This document shows positions 1 through 10,785 of a DNA stretch of 64,000 nt, one piece after another. The notes under the pieces were generated by a model. The model made no database searches. It saw only the letters and a list, made by a program, of their open reading frames with translations, and was not told where the DNA came from. A program made the translations under genes and the position numbers. The first letter of the stretch is position 1. Every line of letters begins with the position of its first letter. The DNA is taken from NCBI GenBank assembly GCA_965240325.2, contig OZ251222.1:3410001-3474000 (forward strand), given 5' to 3'. Source of the DNA: Rebecca billardiae RCC1528. Taxonomy: Eukaryota; Protista; Haptophyta.

Positions 1-259
1 CGTTCCGCGGTCTTTTTCCGTAGAACTAACGTAGTTCGGGGCCCGCGGTGCACCCTCCGTCGGCTGCTGTCTCAGTCTGACATGTGTAACAGTTCGCCTG
101 AGCTGCCACCGCCAACTCAGTCACTGCCGCCCACCGGGCCGGCGGGCCGAGGACTGTCGCCGCGGGCCGCCGCGGGGACTAGCGGCCGGCGCGCGCGCGC
201 AGGCAGGGCGAGAGGCGCTGGCGCGGCGCGAGCCGGCGCGTGCGCGCGAGCGGGCGCAC

Positions 260-1345
260 CTGCTTGAGGTACTCGCCCTGCGCCATGCGCTCGACGACGG
301 GCCGCTGGTCGCTCAGCCGGCACGCCTCGTGCCGGCAGAGCGAGAGCGCGCGCCACTGCAGACTGCTGGCCCGCCGGCCTGCCGGCTGCGCAGCCGCGCA
401 CCGAGACCGACCGAGCGGAGCTCGGGGCGGTGGAACGAGGCGAGCGGCGCGTCGCGCCTGCCGCCGCGCGTGCGCGCCTGCTCCACCGCGCCGCCGTGCT
501 CGCCCGCCGCCTCCTCCGCCGCGTCGGCCTCGAAGACGGCGGCTGCCAGCGGCAGGCTGAGCTGCGCGCGGCTCACTCACACTGTCTGTGAGTCCTCACG
601 CTGCTGCCGGACCTCCGCGCCGCCGTCGACCGAGTTGAGGAGGAGCTCGGGCTCGGCGTCGAGGCGCGAGCTCGCGTGCTCGAGCTCGCCCTTCAGCCGC
701 GCGAGCTCCGGGCGCATCCGGCTCATCAATCAGCTCTGCCGCGCCGCTCGCTCGGCGGCGGCGGGCGGCGCGCTCTGCTCCGGTCGGCGAGCGACGAGCT
801 CGCGTGCTCCGGACTCGGCTCGCCCTTGCGCGCTGCTCCTCGAGTGACGAACGCGCCCGCGGGCAGGTTGTTGCCCGTCGCCCCCGCCGCGATCTCGCCG
901 CCCCCGCCGCGATCTCGTCGCCCGCCGCCTCCTCCGCCGCGTCCGGGCCTCGAAGACGGCGGCTGCCAGCGGCAGGCTGAGCTGCGCGCGGCTCACTCAC
1001 ACTGTCTGTGAGTCCTCACGCTGCTGCCGGACCTCCGCGCCGCCGTCGACCGAGTTGAGGAGGAGCTCGGGCTCGGCGTCGAGGCGCGAGCTCGCGTGCT
1101 CGAGCTCGCCCTTCAGCCGCGCGAGCTCCGGGCGCATCCGGCTCATCAATCAGCTCTGCCGCGCCGCTCGCTCGGCGGCGGCGGGCGGCGCGCTCTGCTC
1201 CGGTCGGCGAGCGACGAGCTCGCGTGCTCCGGACTCGGCTCGCCCTTGCGCGCTGCTCCTCGAGTGAAGAACGCGCCCGCGGGCAGGTTGTTGCCCGTCG
1301 CCCCCGCAGCGATCTCGCCGCCCCCGCCGCGATCTCGTCGCGCAT
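260..1345 (-). pseudogene. Degenerate coding fragment (coiled-coil-like peptide pieces) with frameshifts, stops and an internal duplication
   Basis: The minus strand gives protein-like pieces in shifting frames: LMSRMRPELARLKGELEHASSRLDAEPELLLNSVDGG, LPLAAAVFEADAAEEAAG and LQWRALSLCRHEACRLSDQRPVVERMAQGEYLKQ. The last piece is followed by a GTGCGC donor-like site near 260. There is no continuous ORF. Confidence 0.4.
503..1340. repeat. Tandem duplication, two near-identical units of ~420 bp
   Basis: The sequence at 541 (ggctgccagcggcaggctga...) recurs at 961. Units are ~503-920 and 921-1340, and both end in cccccgccgcgatctcgtcg. Confidence 0.95.
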
Positions 1346-2315
1346 GTGTCCGTGGCGCGCGCCTGCGAGGTCGGACGGAGGTGACAGGCGGGCCGCGAGC
1401 TCAGCCTCGGGGAGAGCGGAGCGAGAGGGCGAGACGGACGGAGCGAAAGCCGTGACCGCGGCTGAATCAAGGGCCGGCGCGCCCGGGTTCGTCGCGCTGC
1501 TTTTTTTTACTATTCACAGTTAGAAGTGATCAAGTTTCCCGATCCCTTGCCTTGCCGTTTTTATCGGTTGGCGGTTGGCGGCAATCTCATACTTAAAATC
1601 GCGCTCGTAACGAACCGTTACACTAATGTCACGTCCAGCTGACGTCCAGATCGCACTTTACTGAAGGGAATCAGCTGGGCGCGGTTTTTTTTGGCCTGAT
1701 AGACCTCTCAATGCGATCTCAAAAACTCGAAACTCGGTCTCCGCCAGCCCTAAAAATCGCCCCCCGTCCCTTTTTTCTTGATCAAAGATCTTTTTGAAAC
1801 GTGGTTCGGGCCCGCTGGTGCGGGCCGTCCACGCTGCGCGCTCCGCCCTGCACCGCGGGCCATAATTTATGAGTGAGAGTACGACGACTGTCTCGACTTA
1901 CGTACGCGGACGACTGGCCGCGCAGGCGCCGCAGCCCCGCGCAGCAGCGGTCCGGGACTCACGGTCCGGATGAATGACACCGTGACACTCGGCGCTGCCG
2001 CGGCCTGCCGGAGACGGAGTCCGCCGGGCCGGGGAGCCAGCAGTGACACAATTCGGACCAGTGTGAGTGTCCGCCGGGCCCCAGTAATGTCCGTTGAACT
2101 TGATATCGATCATCTATATATATATATATAGCTTACGGTTCAAAAATTTAATGGAATAATGGCCGGCCACTCGCCGACGCGGTCAATGCTGGCACTGTCA
2201 CTGCAGGCTACACTGGCCACTGGGCCTGGCAGCAGACGCCACTGGCAGTTGATCTCGGCAGCGGGCTCCGGGCCACCCGACACCCTGCGGTGGAGTCCAC
2301 TGCGCCCGAACATGC

Positions 2316-3383
2316 TCAATTCCATTGGAGCGCCGATCGCTCGGCCCAGTATGCCGCCGAGTCGACGGCACATGCAGCCATCAGCTGCTCGAGCCTTGCG
2401 GCGAGCGCAGGCGACTGTGCCACGCGCATGGCCTGCGCATTCGACGCTGCTTGCTCGGGCGTAGCTGCGCCAGAGAGCACGAGCGGGGTAAAGGGCTGAG
2501 ACATTACGGCAGCGAGGCACAGCGCGTCGGGCGTCGTCTCCAGCTCGGCAGCAAGCGTGCGTACCGACTCAGCGGCGCTGGTGCCCTGAGCGAGCAGGCG
2601 GCCATTTGCCATCGCCTCCTTCACGATCACGTCCAGACCGGCCGCGCTCGCCTCGGCGAGTGCGGCACCGGCTGACTGCTCGAGCAGGTTGTACGTGGCT
2701 TGGACGCAGTCAAACAAAGGCGGGTCGACGCTGAGTGCCTTGCGTATCACCTCCGCCTGCTTGGGACCCGAGACGCTCAGGCCGATCCGCCATCCACGCT
2801 CACGCTTCATCGCGCGGAGCTCTGCCAGCACCTCTGCGTTGTCGAGCACGCCACTCTCGAGTGTGGCTGAGTGGATCTGGTAGAGATCGACGTGACCGCC
2901 CAGGATGCTCGACGTCTCGGCCGTCTGCGAGCGTAGGTGTTCCACTGAGTGGTCCTTCACCTCGTGGGGCTCCCCCCCCGTGTCCACCCGCCAGCCCGCA
3001 GTGTACCTGTAGCCCCATTTGCTCCCGCACACGACATCGCCCGGGCCGAAACCGCGAGCGGCGAGCCAGGAGGCCAGGAAGCGCTCTGACTCACCATACG
3101 AGCGCGCGCAGTCAAAGTAGCGCACACCCGCGGCGTAAGCGCCATCAAGCACGGCGTGACAGTGCTTCTCCATTGCATCGATGGTGCGCTGCTCGCCGAC
3201 AGCGCTGAACTCAGAGTCGCGGTTGAGGTTGATGTACCCAGGCCGCCCCAGCGCCGCCAGGCCGAGGCCGATGCGGGGCGCAGACGACCCGTCACTGAGC
3301 TGCTTGCCAAGGAATGCCCCCGCTGCTGTGGCGTGCATCGTCGGCAAGCTCGCGAACAGCGCCACGACGACGCGGAGGCGCAT
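2316..3383 (-). CDS. Aldo/keto reductase, intronless, with a probable N-terminal signal peptide
   Basis: AKR motifs IGLGLAALGRPGYINL, GVRYFDCARSYG, SKWGY, DLYQIHSAT, IGLSVSG, VQATYNLLE and LSGAAT are present. The first ATG at 3383 gives MRLRVVVALFASL. Confidence 0.9.
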   Translation of the reverse strand: MRLRVVVALFASLPTMHATAAGAFLGKQLSDGSSAPRIGLGLAALGRPGYINLNRDSEFSAVGEQRTIDAMEKHCHAVLDGAYAAGVRYFDCARSYGESERFLASWLAARGFGPGDVVCGSKWGYRYTAGWRVDTGGEPHEVKDHSVEHLRSQTAETSSILGGHVDLYQIHSATLESGVLDNAEVLAELRAMKRERGWRIGLSVSGPKQAEVIRKALSVDPPLFDCVQATYNLLEQSAGAALAEASAAGLDVIVKEAMANGRLLAQGTSAAESVRTLAAELETTPDALCLAAVMSQPFTPLVLSGAATPEQAASNAQAMRVAQSPALAARLEQLMAACAVDSAAYWAERSALQWN

Positions 3384-3429
3384 CAGCAGGCTCGGGCTTC
3401 TGGACGCGCGACCGGCCTGGCCGTACTTA

Positions 3430-4954
3430 GGTGGCACGGCAGGAAACCGCCGGACTGCGACGTAACAGCCATGGCTGCCGCGTGCGCACGCCGATTGGGG
3501 GCTCGTGCGCGCCGAGCGCGTACAGCACGGTCCGGAGCGCATGCCGGGTGGTCAAAGCACGTGCGCCGGCCTCCTGGCCCGCCCCCCGATGAGCTCGTCG
3601 CGTCTCTCCTCACGCTCCAGCCGTGGACCAGCGTGCACACGTGCCGGTCGGCTGGCGAGCTGCAGACGCGGTGGATGCGCTGCATGGTATGTGCGCCACT
3701 GGCCGCCCAGATGGTCAGGGCGTACGGGGGCGGACGTGCACACGTGCGTCCAGTCGTTTGAACCGCGCGCCGAGGCTGATTTGGAGGTGAGCACCTACTC
3801 GCGGATGTCGGCGGCACTCCGTGGGCAGCCCGTGGGGCCACAGAAGCCACGGCGGGCAGCATTCGGGCGAGATGTACATGGCCCCATGACGGCAGGGAAC
3901 GCTCTGTGCGTACGCTACGGGTCCCGCCGAGGTCATTGATACGGGCTTCGCCTGGGTATGTGGCCTGATCACCCTGCTCGGGGGTCCGCGGATCACCGTG
4001 CATTGTGCTGGTGGCCCCGGCGCCCCGGAGTAGGCTATACGCGTGCGGCATGCCAAAACTAGAAATCTGACATAGAACTTCAACCGGGACCCTAGCTACT
4101 CTCAAGCCCTTCCCATAAGCTGTGTTCAGCCAGCTCGGCATGCGAATCGTATTGCACGTTTTGAAATTAACACGAAAATGGTCCAAAATCGCCGATTTAA
4201 TTTGGACCATTTTCGTGTTAATTTCAAAACGTGCAATACGATTCGCATGCCGAGCTGGCTGAACACAGCTTATGGGAAGGGCTCGAGAGTAGCTAGGGTC
4301 CCGGTTGAAGTTCTATGTCAGATTTCTAGTTTTGGCATGCCGCGTATAGCCTACTCCGGGGCGCCGGGGCCACCAGCACCATGGGCGGTGATCCGTGGGC
4401 CCCCGAGCAGCCTGTTCTAGCCACGGACACAGGCGAAGCCCGTATCACTGACCTCGGCGGGACCCGTAGCGTACGCACAGAGCGTTCCCTGCCGCCATGG
4501 GGCCGTGTACATCTCGCCCGAATGCTGCCCGCCGTGGCTTCTGTGGCCCCACGGGCTGCCCACGGAGTGCCGCCGACATCCGCGAGTAGGTGCACACCTC
4601 CAAAACAGCCTCAGCGCGCGGTTCAAACGACTGGACGCACGTGTGCACGCCCACCCCCGTACGCTCTGACCATCTGGGCGGCCAGTGGCGCACAAACCAT
4701 GCAGCGCATCCACCGCGTCTGCAGCTCGCCAGCCGACCGGCACGTGTGCACGCTGGTCCACGGCTGGAGCGTGAGGAGAGACGCGACGAGCTCATCGGGG
4801 GGCGGGCCAGGAGGCCGGCGCACGTGCTTTGACCACCCGGCATGCGCTCCGGACCGTGCTGTACGCGCTCGGCGCGCACGAGCCCCCAATCGGCGTGCGC
4901 ACGCGGCAGCCATGGCTGTTACGTCGCAGTCCGGCGGTTTCCTGCCGTGCCACC
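3430..4954. mobile_element. Non-autonomous foldback DNA transposon, PIF/Harbinger-like
   Basis: Inverted arms span 3430-4187 and 4201-4954 around a 13-nt spacer. The termini read TTA|GGTGGCAC...GTGCCACC|TTA, giving a TTA duplication at 3427-3429 and 4955-4957. No transposase ORF. Confidence 0.8.
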
Positions 4955-5022
4955 TTAATCCGGACCTCCATCACCGGATTCGCTTTCAAGTTCATGGCGG
5001 CCTTGCCGACCGCCCTCGCGGA

Positions 5023-7300
5023 ATGGCCGAGGCCGATCTGCGCGCTCGCGCCGAGCGCTTGCGGGCGAGATGCAGGGCGCTCCAGAGTGGGCTCGCGGCG
5101 CAAGACTCGGACATACACGAGGTGGCGAGTGTGATGCGTGACCTGACGTGCACAAACAAGGTGGGCACTGACTGCAGCTCGTGCGGCAGCGCTCGAGCCT
5201 CACACCCACGAGCAGGCGGGCGGCCTAGGCTCCCTCGAGCCGTGAGCGACGCGCTGCGAGACCATGGCGAGGCCCTCGAGGAGGCTTTGCGCACGTCTGA
5301 CCAGCTGGTTGATGACGTCGTGCCACGGATGGTGCTCACGCGTGCATTGCAACGGCTGAAGGTGCAGCTTACGCGGCGCGACCTGCGCGCGCTGCACGAG
5401 GCGACGTCGGGGGGCCACGCCGGGTTCGTGTCGCTGGACGCATGGGGCATTGCCCTTGCGCGCGCAAGGCAGGGGCAGGATGCACGGCGAGAAGCTCCGA
5501 GCGCCTCCTCTCAGCCGTCTTCCTGCGCGCCACTCGGCACGCACGACCACGCCGAGACGAGCGGCGATATCGCAGCCACACACGCGCTGCCCGGGGCTGA
5601 CTCCGCCGTCTCGCACGTGGCGAGTCCCGAGTCGGAAGACGCGTCGAGCCAATGGTGGCAAATTCCATCTCCACCGACCATGCTCGATGGCACGAGAGGC
5701 AGATACGACGCCATCTGCGCCGCTGCCGCTGACGGCGCGCACCTGATGGCCGCGTGCGATGGAATCGTGGATCGCGTGCGCCAGCGCGAAGCGCAGCTGC
5801 GCCGCGAGCACCACTTGGGGTCAGGTGCGTTTGAGGCGCCCCTGGCCTCGCTGGGTCAGGTGAGTCCACCAGGCTCCGCCGCCAGGCCAGACGCTCGCCA
5901 CGCGGTCGGACTCGCGCCGGGCTTCCCCGAGGCCGCGCCCTCACGGGCAGAGCCGGCGGTCGAGGTGCTGTGTGGTGCGCTCGCAGATGCTGACGATCTC
6001 ATCGATGAGCTCCGCACTACGCTGGCTTCAGCACTCGCAGGCATGGCGGCGGCGCCTGCTGATGCAGGGTGGAGGCCAGTCGACATGTTCTCGCGCGGTA
6101 AAGGTCACGTTGCTTTGGCGGAAGCGGTGCCAGCTCGGCAGGCGGACGCCGCGTGTGCGCAGTCGGAGCATGAGAGCGTGGACAGCTCCACGGCTGGCGG
6201 TGACGACCGAGTCGCCCAGCGTGCAGCTGCTTCTGCTGGCGCGACGGGCTCCTGTGAAACCGCCATGGGCGAAGGCCGCTTCTCCGAGGGAGGCTTCGCT
6301 GCCGACGGCTTCGCTGCAGATGGCTTCCCAGCCGACAGATTCGGCGACCGTGGCATTGCGAATATATAGCGCCTCTTGTGGGTGCGTGGAAAATAACGTC
6401 GCTGGATTTCCGACTGCGAATGCTGGAGTGAGCGGCTTTGGGGACGGCGGCATAGGCGACACTGTCTTCGGAAACTTGGGCGGCTCGGTTGACGACGACT
6501 TTGCACGTGACGGTGACGATCGTACAGCCGAGCCGCCAGCCGTGCGCGCCGCAGCAGCGAGCGGCTTTGAGATGGGCAGCTTCGACGACGATGGCTTTGG
6601 TGACTACGGCTTTGCTGACAATGAGTTTGCACAGGCGAGGCACGATGCTGTCGCCGAGCTACCAGCGGCACCTGCTGGAGTGAGCGGCTTCGGGGATGGT
6701 GGCTTTGGCGACGACGGCTTTGGCGACTCTGCCTTCGCGATCGACGACCTCAGAGGAGATCTGGACGAAACTTTCGCCGACCCGCCAGCAGCGCCTGTCG
6801 GAGTGGGCGGCTTCGGGGATGGCGGCTTTGGCGACGATTCCTTCGTTGACGATGCGGGCTTCGCTGGGGACGTATTCGTCGGGATCAGTGCGCCTGCTGG
6901 TGTGGGCGGCTTTGGCGATGCAGGATTTGGCGCCGGCGGCTTTGGAGACGACGGGAGCTTTGCTCAGAATGATTTTGCTGGGTGCATGGATGGCGACGGG
7001 CGGCTTGCCGAGCTGCCGGATGCCTCTGCTGGTGATACGCGCGGCTTTGGCGCCAGCGGATTCGGCCATGATGAGAGCTTCGACCCTGTGCATGATTTTT
7101 TCGGACACGTCGATGATACGAGCGGCGTTGGCGAGGCTGGCTTTGGCGCCGGCGGCTTCGGCGATGATGGGAGCTTCAATGAGACTGCGAACAGTACTTT
7201 TACTGTTGGGCGCGTGGCGGATGATCATCATCGCGCTTTGGAGCTGCCGGATCCCTCTGCTGGTGGTGATACGACTACCGGGGTGCCTTTTACTAGTTAA
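5023..7300 (+). CDS. Hypothetical protein: N-terminal coiled coil, degenerate EF-hand-like segment, C-terminal Gly/Phe/Asp (GFGD) repeats; frame broken at ~6365
   Basis: The ORF from ATG 5023 (MAEADLRARAERL) stops at 6369 just after the first repeats (GFAADGF...FGDRGIANI). The same repeat type (GFGDGGFGDDGF) continues in an overlapping frame to 7300. Confidence 0.55.
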
Positions 7301-7588
7301 TAACTAGTTGTAGCTGATGCTCATGACACTGCCAGCTGCGTAGGGCTTTTAGTCTTAGAATTTAGTTCAAAGGCGGTGCAGCCGGGCCGCAGGCGCATGC
7401 AGTTCGACTACTGCTGACTCGATATGTTGGAAGGTGACAGTCTGCTGATAGTGATATGCCGCCCCATTTCACGTTAAAATCATCAATAAATAATATTCGG
7501 GGGGTCGGAACTGGTATAAGTGGAAGGGACTCGATGCGGCATGGTCCGACGCTGAGTGGTTATTGCATTTGCCCATCATCATATTAAC

Positions 7589-7596
7589 AGAGAGAG

Positions 7597-7642
<46 letters not shown>
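7589..7642. repeat. (AG)n microsatellite
   Basis: Visible directly, with one CC interruption. Confidence 0.95.
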
Positions 7643-7644
<2 letters not shown>

Positions 7645-7860
7645 AGACGATTATTATTATTAATTTAAAACGCGATACTACGACGCCGACATGGCATCAT
7701 GCGCAACGGGCAGGCGTCAGGCCGAGTGCAGCCGACACGTATCGAACGCGTATGAGTATCAGTCTGAGGACGGCGGCGCTGATGATATCAAAGCATTAAT
7801 AGTGTTGCCAGCCTCTGCTTTGACATCGGCGCCGGCCCATCGCCGGGCACGCGAGCCTCA

Positions 7861-9336
7861 TCACTGCAGCCACTGCTGGGGCTGCCCGCCCCCAATCGAG
7901 CCGAGACCAGCATCAGCAGCAGTTCGCCTCGGTGCCGCCGGAGGCCACTGCCTGTCGAGCGGCCGGGCACGCCGCAGTAGCGCACCAATCATGAGCGTCA
8001 CCATCCCCAGGGAGAGTAGTAGTCCGGCGCCCGGAGCCACCGCAGCAAAGGCTCGGGCTCGTCCTGTGCGGAAATCGACGTTCGGCGCATGGGGCATCGC
8101 GCGCAGCGCCGAAGCGTGTGCTCCCCCAGAGTCCCGACGGCGCCCCCCTGACCCGGTGTCGGGCCCAGCGCAGAGCTGAGCGCACGTGAATGGCGGATGG
8201 CCACAGTGGAGAACAGCAGTGCGCACACCCTGGCCACAGTCGCAGTAACCTGCTTCGCGCCTGTCGACCTCGGCACTGCACGTACGAGATGGCCAGCGCT
8301 CAATGACGTCGGTCGAGCACGGCTTGACGGAGCGGTGCCAGCCCCTGCAGCTCGTGCTCGGATCGTGCCCGGCACGCCCCGTGCACACATCTGCACACGT
8401 GAATGTCTCGCGCCCCATACAATCGTCGCACCGCGTTTCGAGGCCGTCGCCACAGTCGCAGAAGCCGGGGGCGAGGGCGTCAATCTCGGCCTCGCAGCTC
8501 TTGTCGTTGCGCGGGTCCCGCAGCTCGCGGTCTGTCAGGCCCAAGAGGCCGAGCTCCTCCTGTCGCCAGGCGATGCAAGGTGCACGGGGCTTTGCTCGCA
8601 GCGACGGGTGGGATTGAGGGCACGGCTCACACTGGCCGGAGGCGTTCGCGCGGTAGCCGGCATAGCAGGTGCAAGCACCACGCCGACCGCGTTGGGGCAC
8701 GCAGAACTCGCTCGATGGGTGAGCGCAGAGCTGGCTCGACCCCGTGGCGATTGAGCATTGCCTGCCAGTCGACCGATTGCTTGCCGGAGAGCGTGTGCAC
8801 TCGTCGCCTTTCTCCGAAAAAACGCCAGCGCGGCCCAGAGCCGTGCCCAGACCCAGCGACTCAGCTGTAGGGGCACGCGTAGGTTCACCAGCCCATTTAG
8901 CGGTTGGATCCACGCAGCAGAGAGATTCCCCCGCTGAGGTGAGGACGAGAGAAGCGGAGTTCGCACAAGAGGATTCGCCATCAGAGATGGAGTGGCACCG
9001 AACCTGGCCAGGTAGGCAGCAGTTCTTGGGCTGGATGAAGAAGCCATGAGGCCTAGGCGGGCAGCTGGTCTCCGCGAGTGACTCGAAGCACGTCTGCAGC
9101 CCCTGAAGGCAGCACGACGCCGTGCGCGATCCAAGAACGTAGTCCACGTGATACAGTGCGCCGCGCGGGCAATCCTGCCGTGTTGAGACATAGAAACAGG
9201 GCGAGTGTCGAGATGGCGAATCGAAGCCCCGTTGTTTGAACTCTGCCTTGACCTGCGCGCTCGTGATGTGCCTGATCGCGCCGGCAGTAGCCGCGCACCC
9301 GCAGAGGAGGAGGACAGCCGCGCGTCGCGCCCTCAT
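7861..9336 (-). CDS. Cys-rich type-I membrane protein (signal peptide, short Cys repeats, EGF-like module, two CxxW...GF/YCDCG...FTC domains, TM helix)
   Basis: Signal-like start MRARRAAVLLLCGCAATAGA. EGF-like CTCYAGYRANASGQCEPC. Duplicated domain CIAWRQ...SC...GFCDCG...FTCADVC / CRGWHR...TC...GYCDCG...FTCAQLC. Hydrophobic segment GLLLSLGMVTLMIGALL near the C-terminus. Confidence 0.75.
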   Translation of the reverse strand: MRARRAAVLLLCGCAATAGAIRHITSAQVKAEFKQRGFDSPSRHSPCFYVSTRQDCPRGALYHVDYVLGSRTASCCLQGLQTCFESLAETSCPPRPHGFFIQPKNCCLPGQVRCHSISDGESSCANSASLVLTSAGESLCCVDPTAKWAGEPTRAPTAESLGLGTALGRAGVFSEKGDECTRSPASNRSTGRQCSIATGSSQLCAHPSSEFCVPQRGRRGACTCYAGYRANASGQCEPCPQSHPSLRAKPRAPCIAWRQEELGLLGLTDRELRDPRNDKSCEAEIDALAPGFCDCGDGLETRCDDCMGRETFTCADVCTGRAGHDPSTSCRGWHRSVKPCSTDVIERWPSRTCSAEVDRREAGYCDCGQGVRTAVLHCGHPPFTCAQLCAGPDTGSGGRRRDSGGAHASALRAMPHAPNVDFRTGRARAFAAVAPGAGLLLSLGMVTLMIGALLRRARPLDRQWPPAAPRRTAADAGLGSIGGGQPQQWLQ

Positions 9337-9408
9337 TGCCGGCGTACTTGTACTGCAGTCCACAAACTGTAAAACGCAGGTGGCACGGCGAGCGGCAGCC
9401 GGCAGCGC

Positions 9409-9570
9409 TAAATCAGCCCGGGCTGATTTACGCTTATCTCAGCCCGGGCTGATTTATTATAAGCGCTTTAAAAATCAGCCCGGGCGGCTGAGATAAGCTC
9501 TGCGCGAGCTTACCGTCAGCCCCTCTCTGGTCAGCCCGGCCGCTGAGATAAGCGCTTATCTCAGCCCAGC
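9409..9570. repeat. Array of nested palindromes (TCAGCCCGGGCTGA / CTGAGATAAGCGCTTATCTCAG)
   Basis: Perfect 22-bp palindrome TAAATCAGCCCGGGCTGATTTA at 9409-9430, about five further full or partial copies, and a second 22-bp palindrome near 9543-9564. Confidence 0.85.
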
Positions 9571-9937
9571 GGCTCGCGACTCGGCCACCGTGGACTCGGA
9601 GCGCACGTCGCGCGGTGCGGCCCGCCCGCTCCATGGCTGCACGCGCTGCTGTGTCTTCGGTGGCCACAGGGTGAAGTGCGCTGAGTCCGTAGTGGCGGAC
9701 GCCCAGCTCCACCCACCCCCTTCTCCCTGGCCCGCCCCGCCTGCCGCTGCCGCACGGCGAGTGACTGGACGCTGGGCCGCTGGCAGCAGGCAGCCGCTTG
9801 GCGCGCGGCAGACGGCGCGGCTCCCCACCTGCACTGCCCTTCCCGTCGCGCGCGGCGCCGCAGCGGCAGGCTGGGGATCCGGGCTTTGGCTTGCTGACCA
9901 GTCCGAGGTAGTTCGTGTTAATAACGACGGCACCGTA

Positions 9938-10451
9938 CAGGCAATCGCGGGCAATAAGAAGTCAGAGATCTCACGGCTAGCCTCGGTTTCTTAGCCGTTC
10001 GGTAGCCCGAGCGCCTACGGAGTCTCAGTTTCTTAGCTAGGTCCGCCCGCCGCGCAGGCGCGGGGGGCGCAGGGGGGCAGAGCCCCCCGCTGAGTCTTTA
10101 GGCCCGGCCGGCGAGGCCGACGAAAATTTTGGGCTTTTTTGGAGCAAATCTGGCATGCTGTTGCATGGATGCTGCGGTGCACTGGCCAGGAGTCAGTCAT
10201 GACTGTCATCAGGAGAAGTCGGGACTTGGCCTGTACTCGTAGTCGGGCCGCGCGCCGCGTCCCCGACGGGCCGACTGCGCCTCGCCCCTCGGCGGACCAC
10301 TCGTCGGCCGGGACGACGTAGTCCCGGTTTCTTAGTGTGACTATGCGTATAGCGAACCAGCCAATCGCTAGCCTCAGTTTCTAGGCCAGATCCGCAGATA
10401 GCAAGCCCCAGTTTCTTAACGTGACAGCTCCTTATTGCCCGCGATTGCCTG
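9938..10451. mobile_element. MITE, Tc1/mariner-type (copy A)
   Basis: TIRs CAGGCAATCGCGGGCAATAAG ... CTTATTGCCCGCGATTGCCTG are flanked by TA on both sides (9936-9937, 10452-10453). A second copy lies at 41342-41908. Confidence 0.9.
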
Positions 10452-10785
10452 TACTACAATAGCTATGGTACGTAGCTTCGGAATGAACAACGATCACTGT
10501 GTCTAGTACACTCTTACTACAGTTTACTATGATGATTTATAACGTGCACACTTGGTTTTAAAGGCGGCGTGATTATAACGCGTCCGACTGTGAATTCATG
10601 AATGAATAATAATGATTAATGTGTTATGTCGTGATAACGGCCTGAAGTCGGCTCGGAAGCACCGGCCTCAGTCGGACCGCGATGGCACTACCTACAGTAC
10701 AGGCGAGTATGATGACGTACTGTATGTGCGTGATACGTCGATCTGTCACCGTCACTTGACCGACGTCGGACCCAGCTCGGCACCG

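Noticed and set aside
3383-5022. Mirror-image ORFs (3383-4210 minus, the 5' part of 4381-6369 plus, the 144-aa and 80-aa pairs)
   Set aside because: They are by-products of the foldback palindrome, with no transposase or other motifs and no host-like codon bias.
9409-9570. Possible CRISPR array
   Set aside because: The spacers are very short, irregular and related to each other, there are no cas genes, and the context is eukaryotic.
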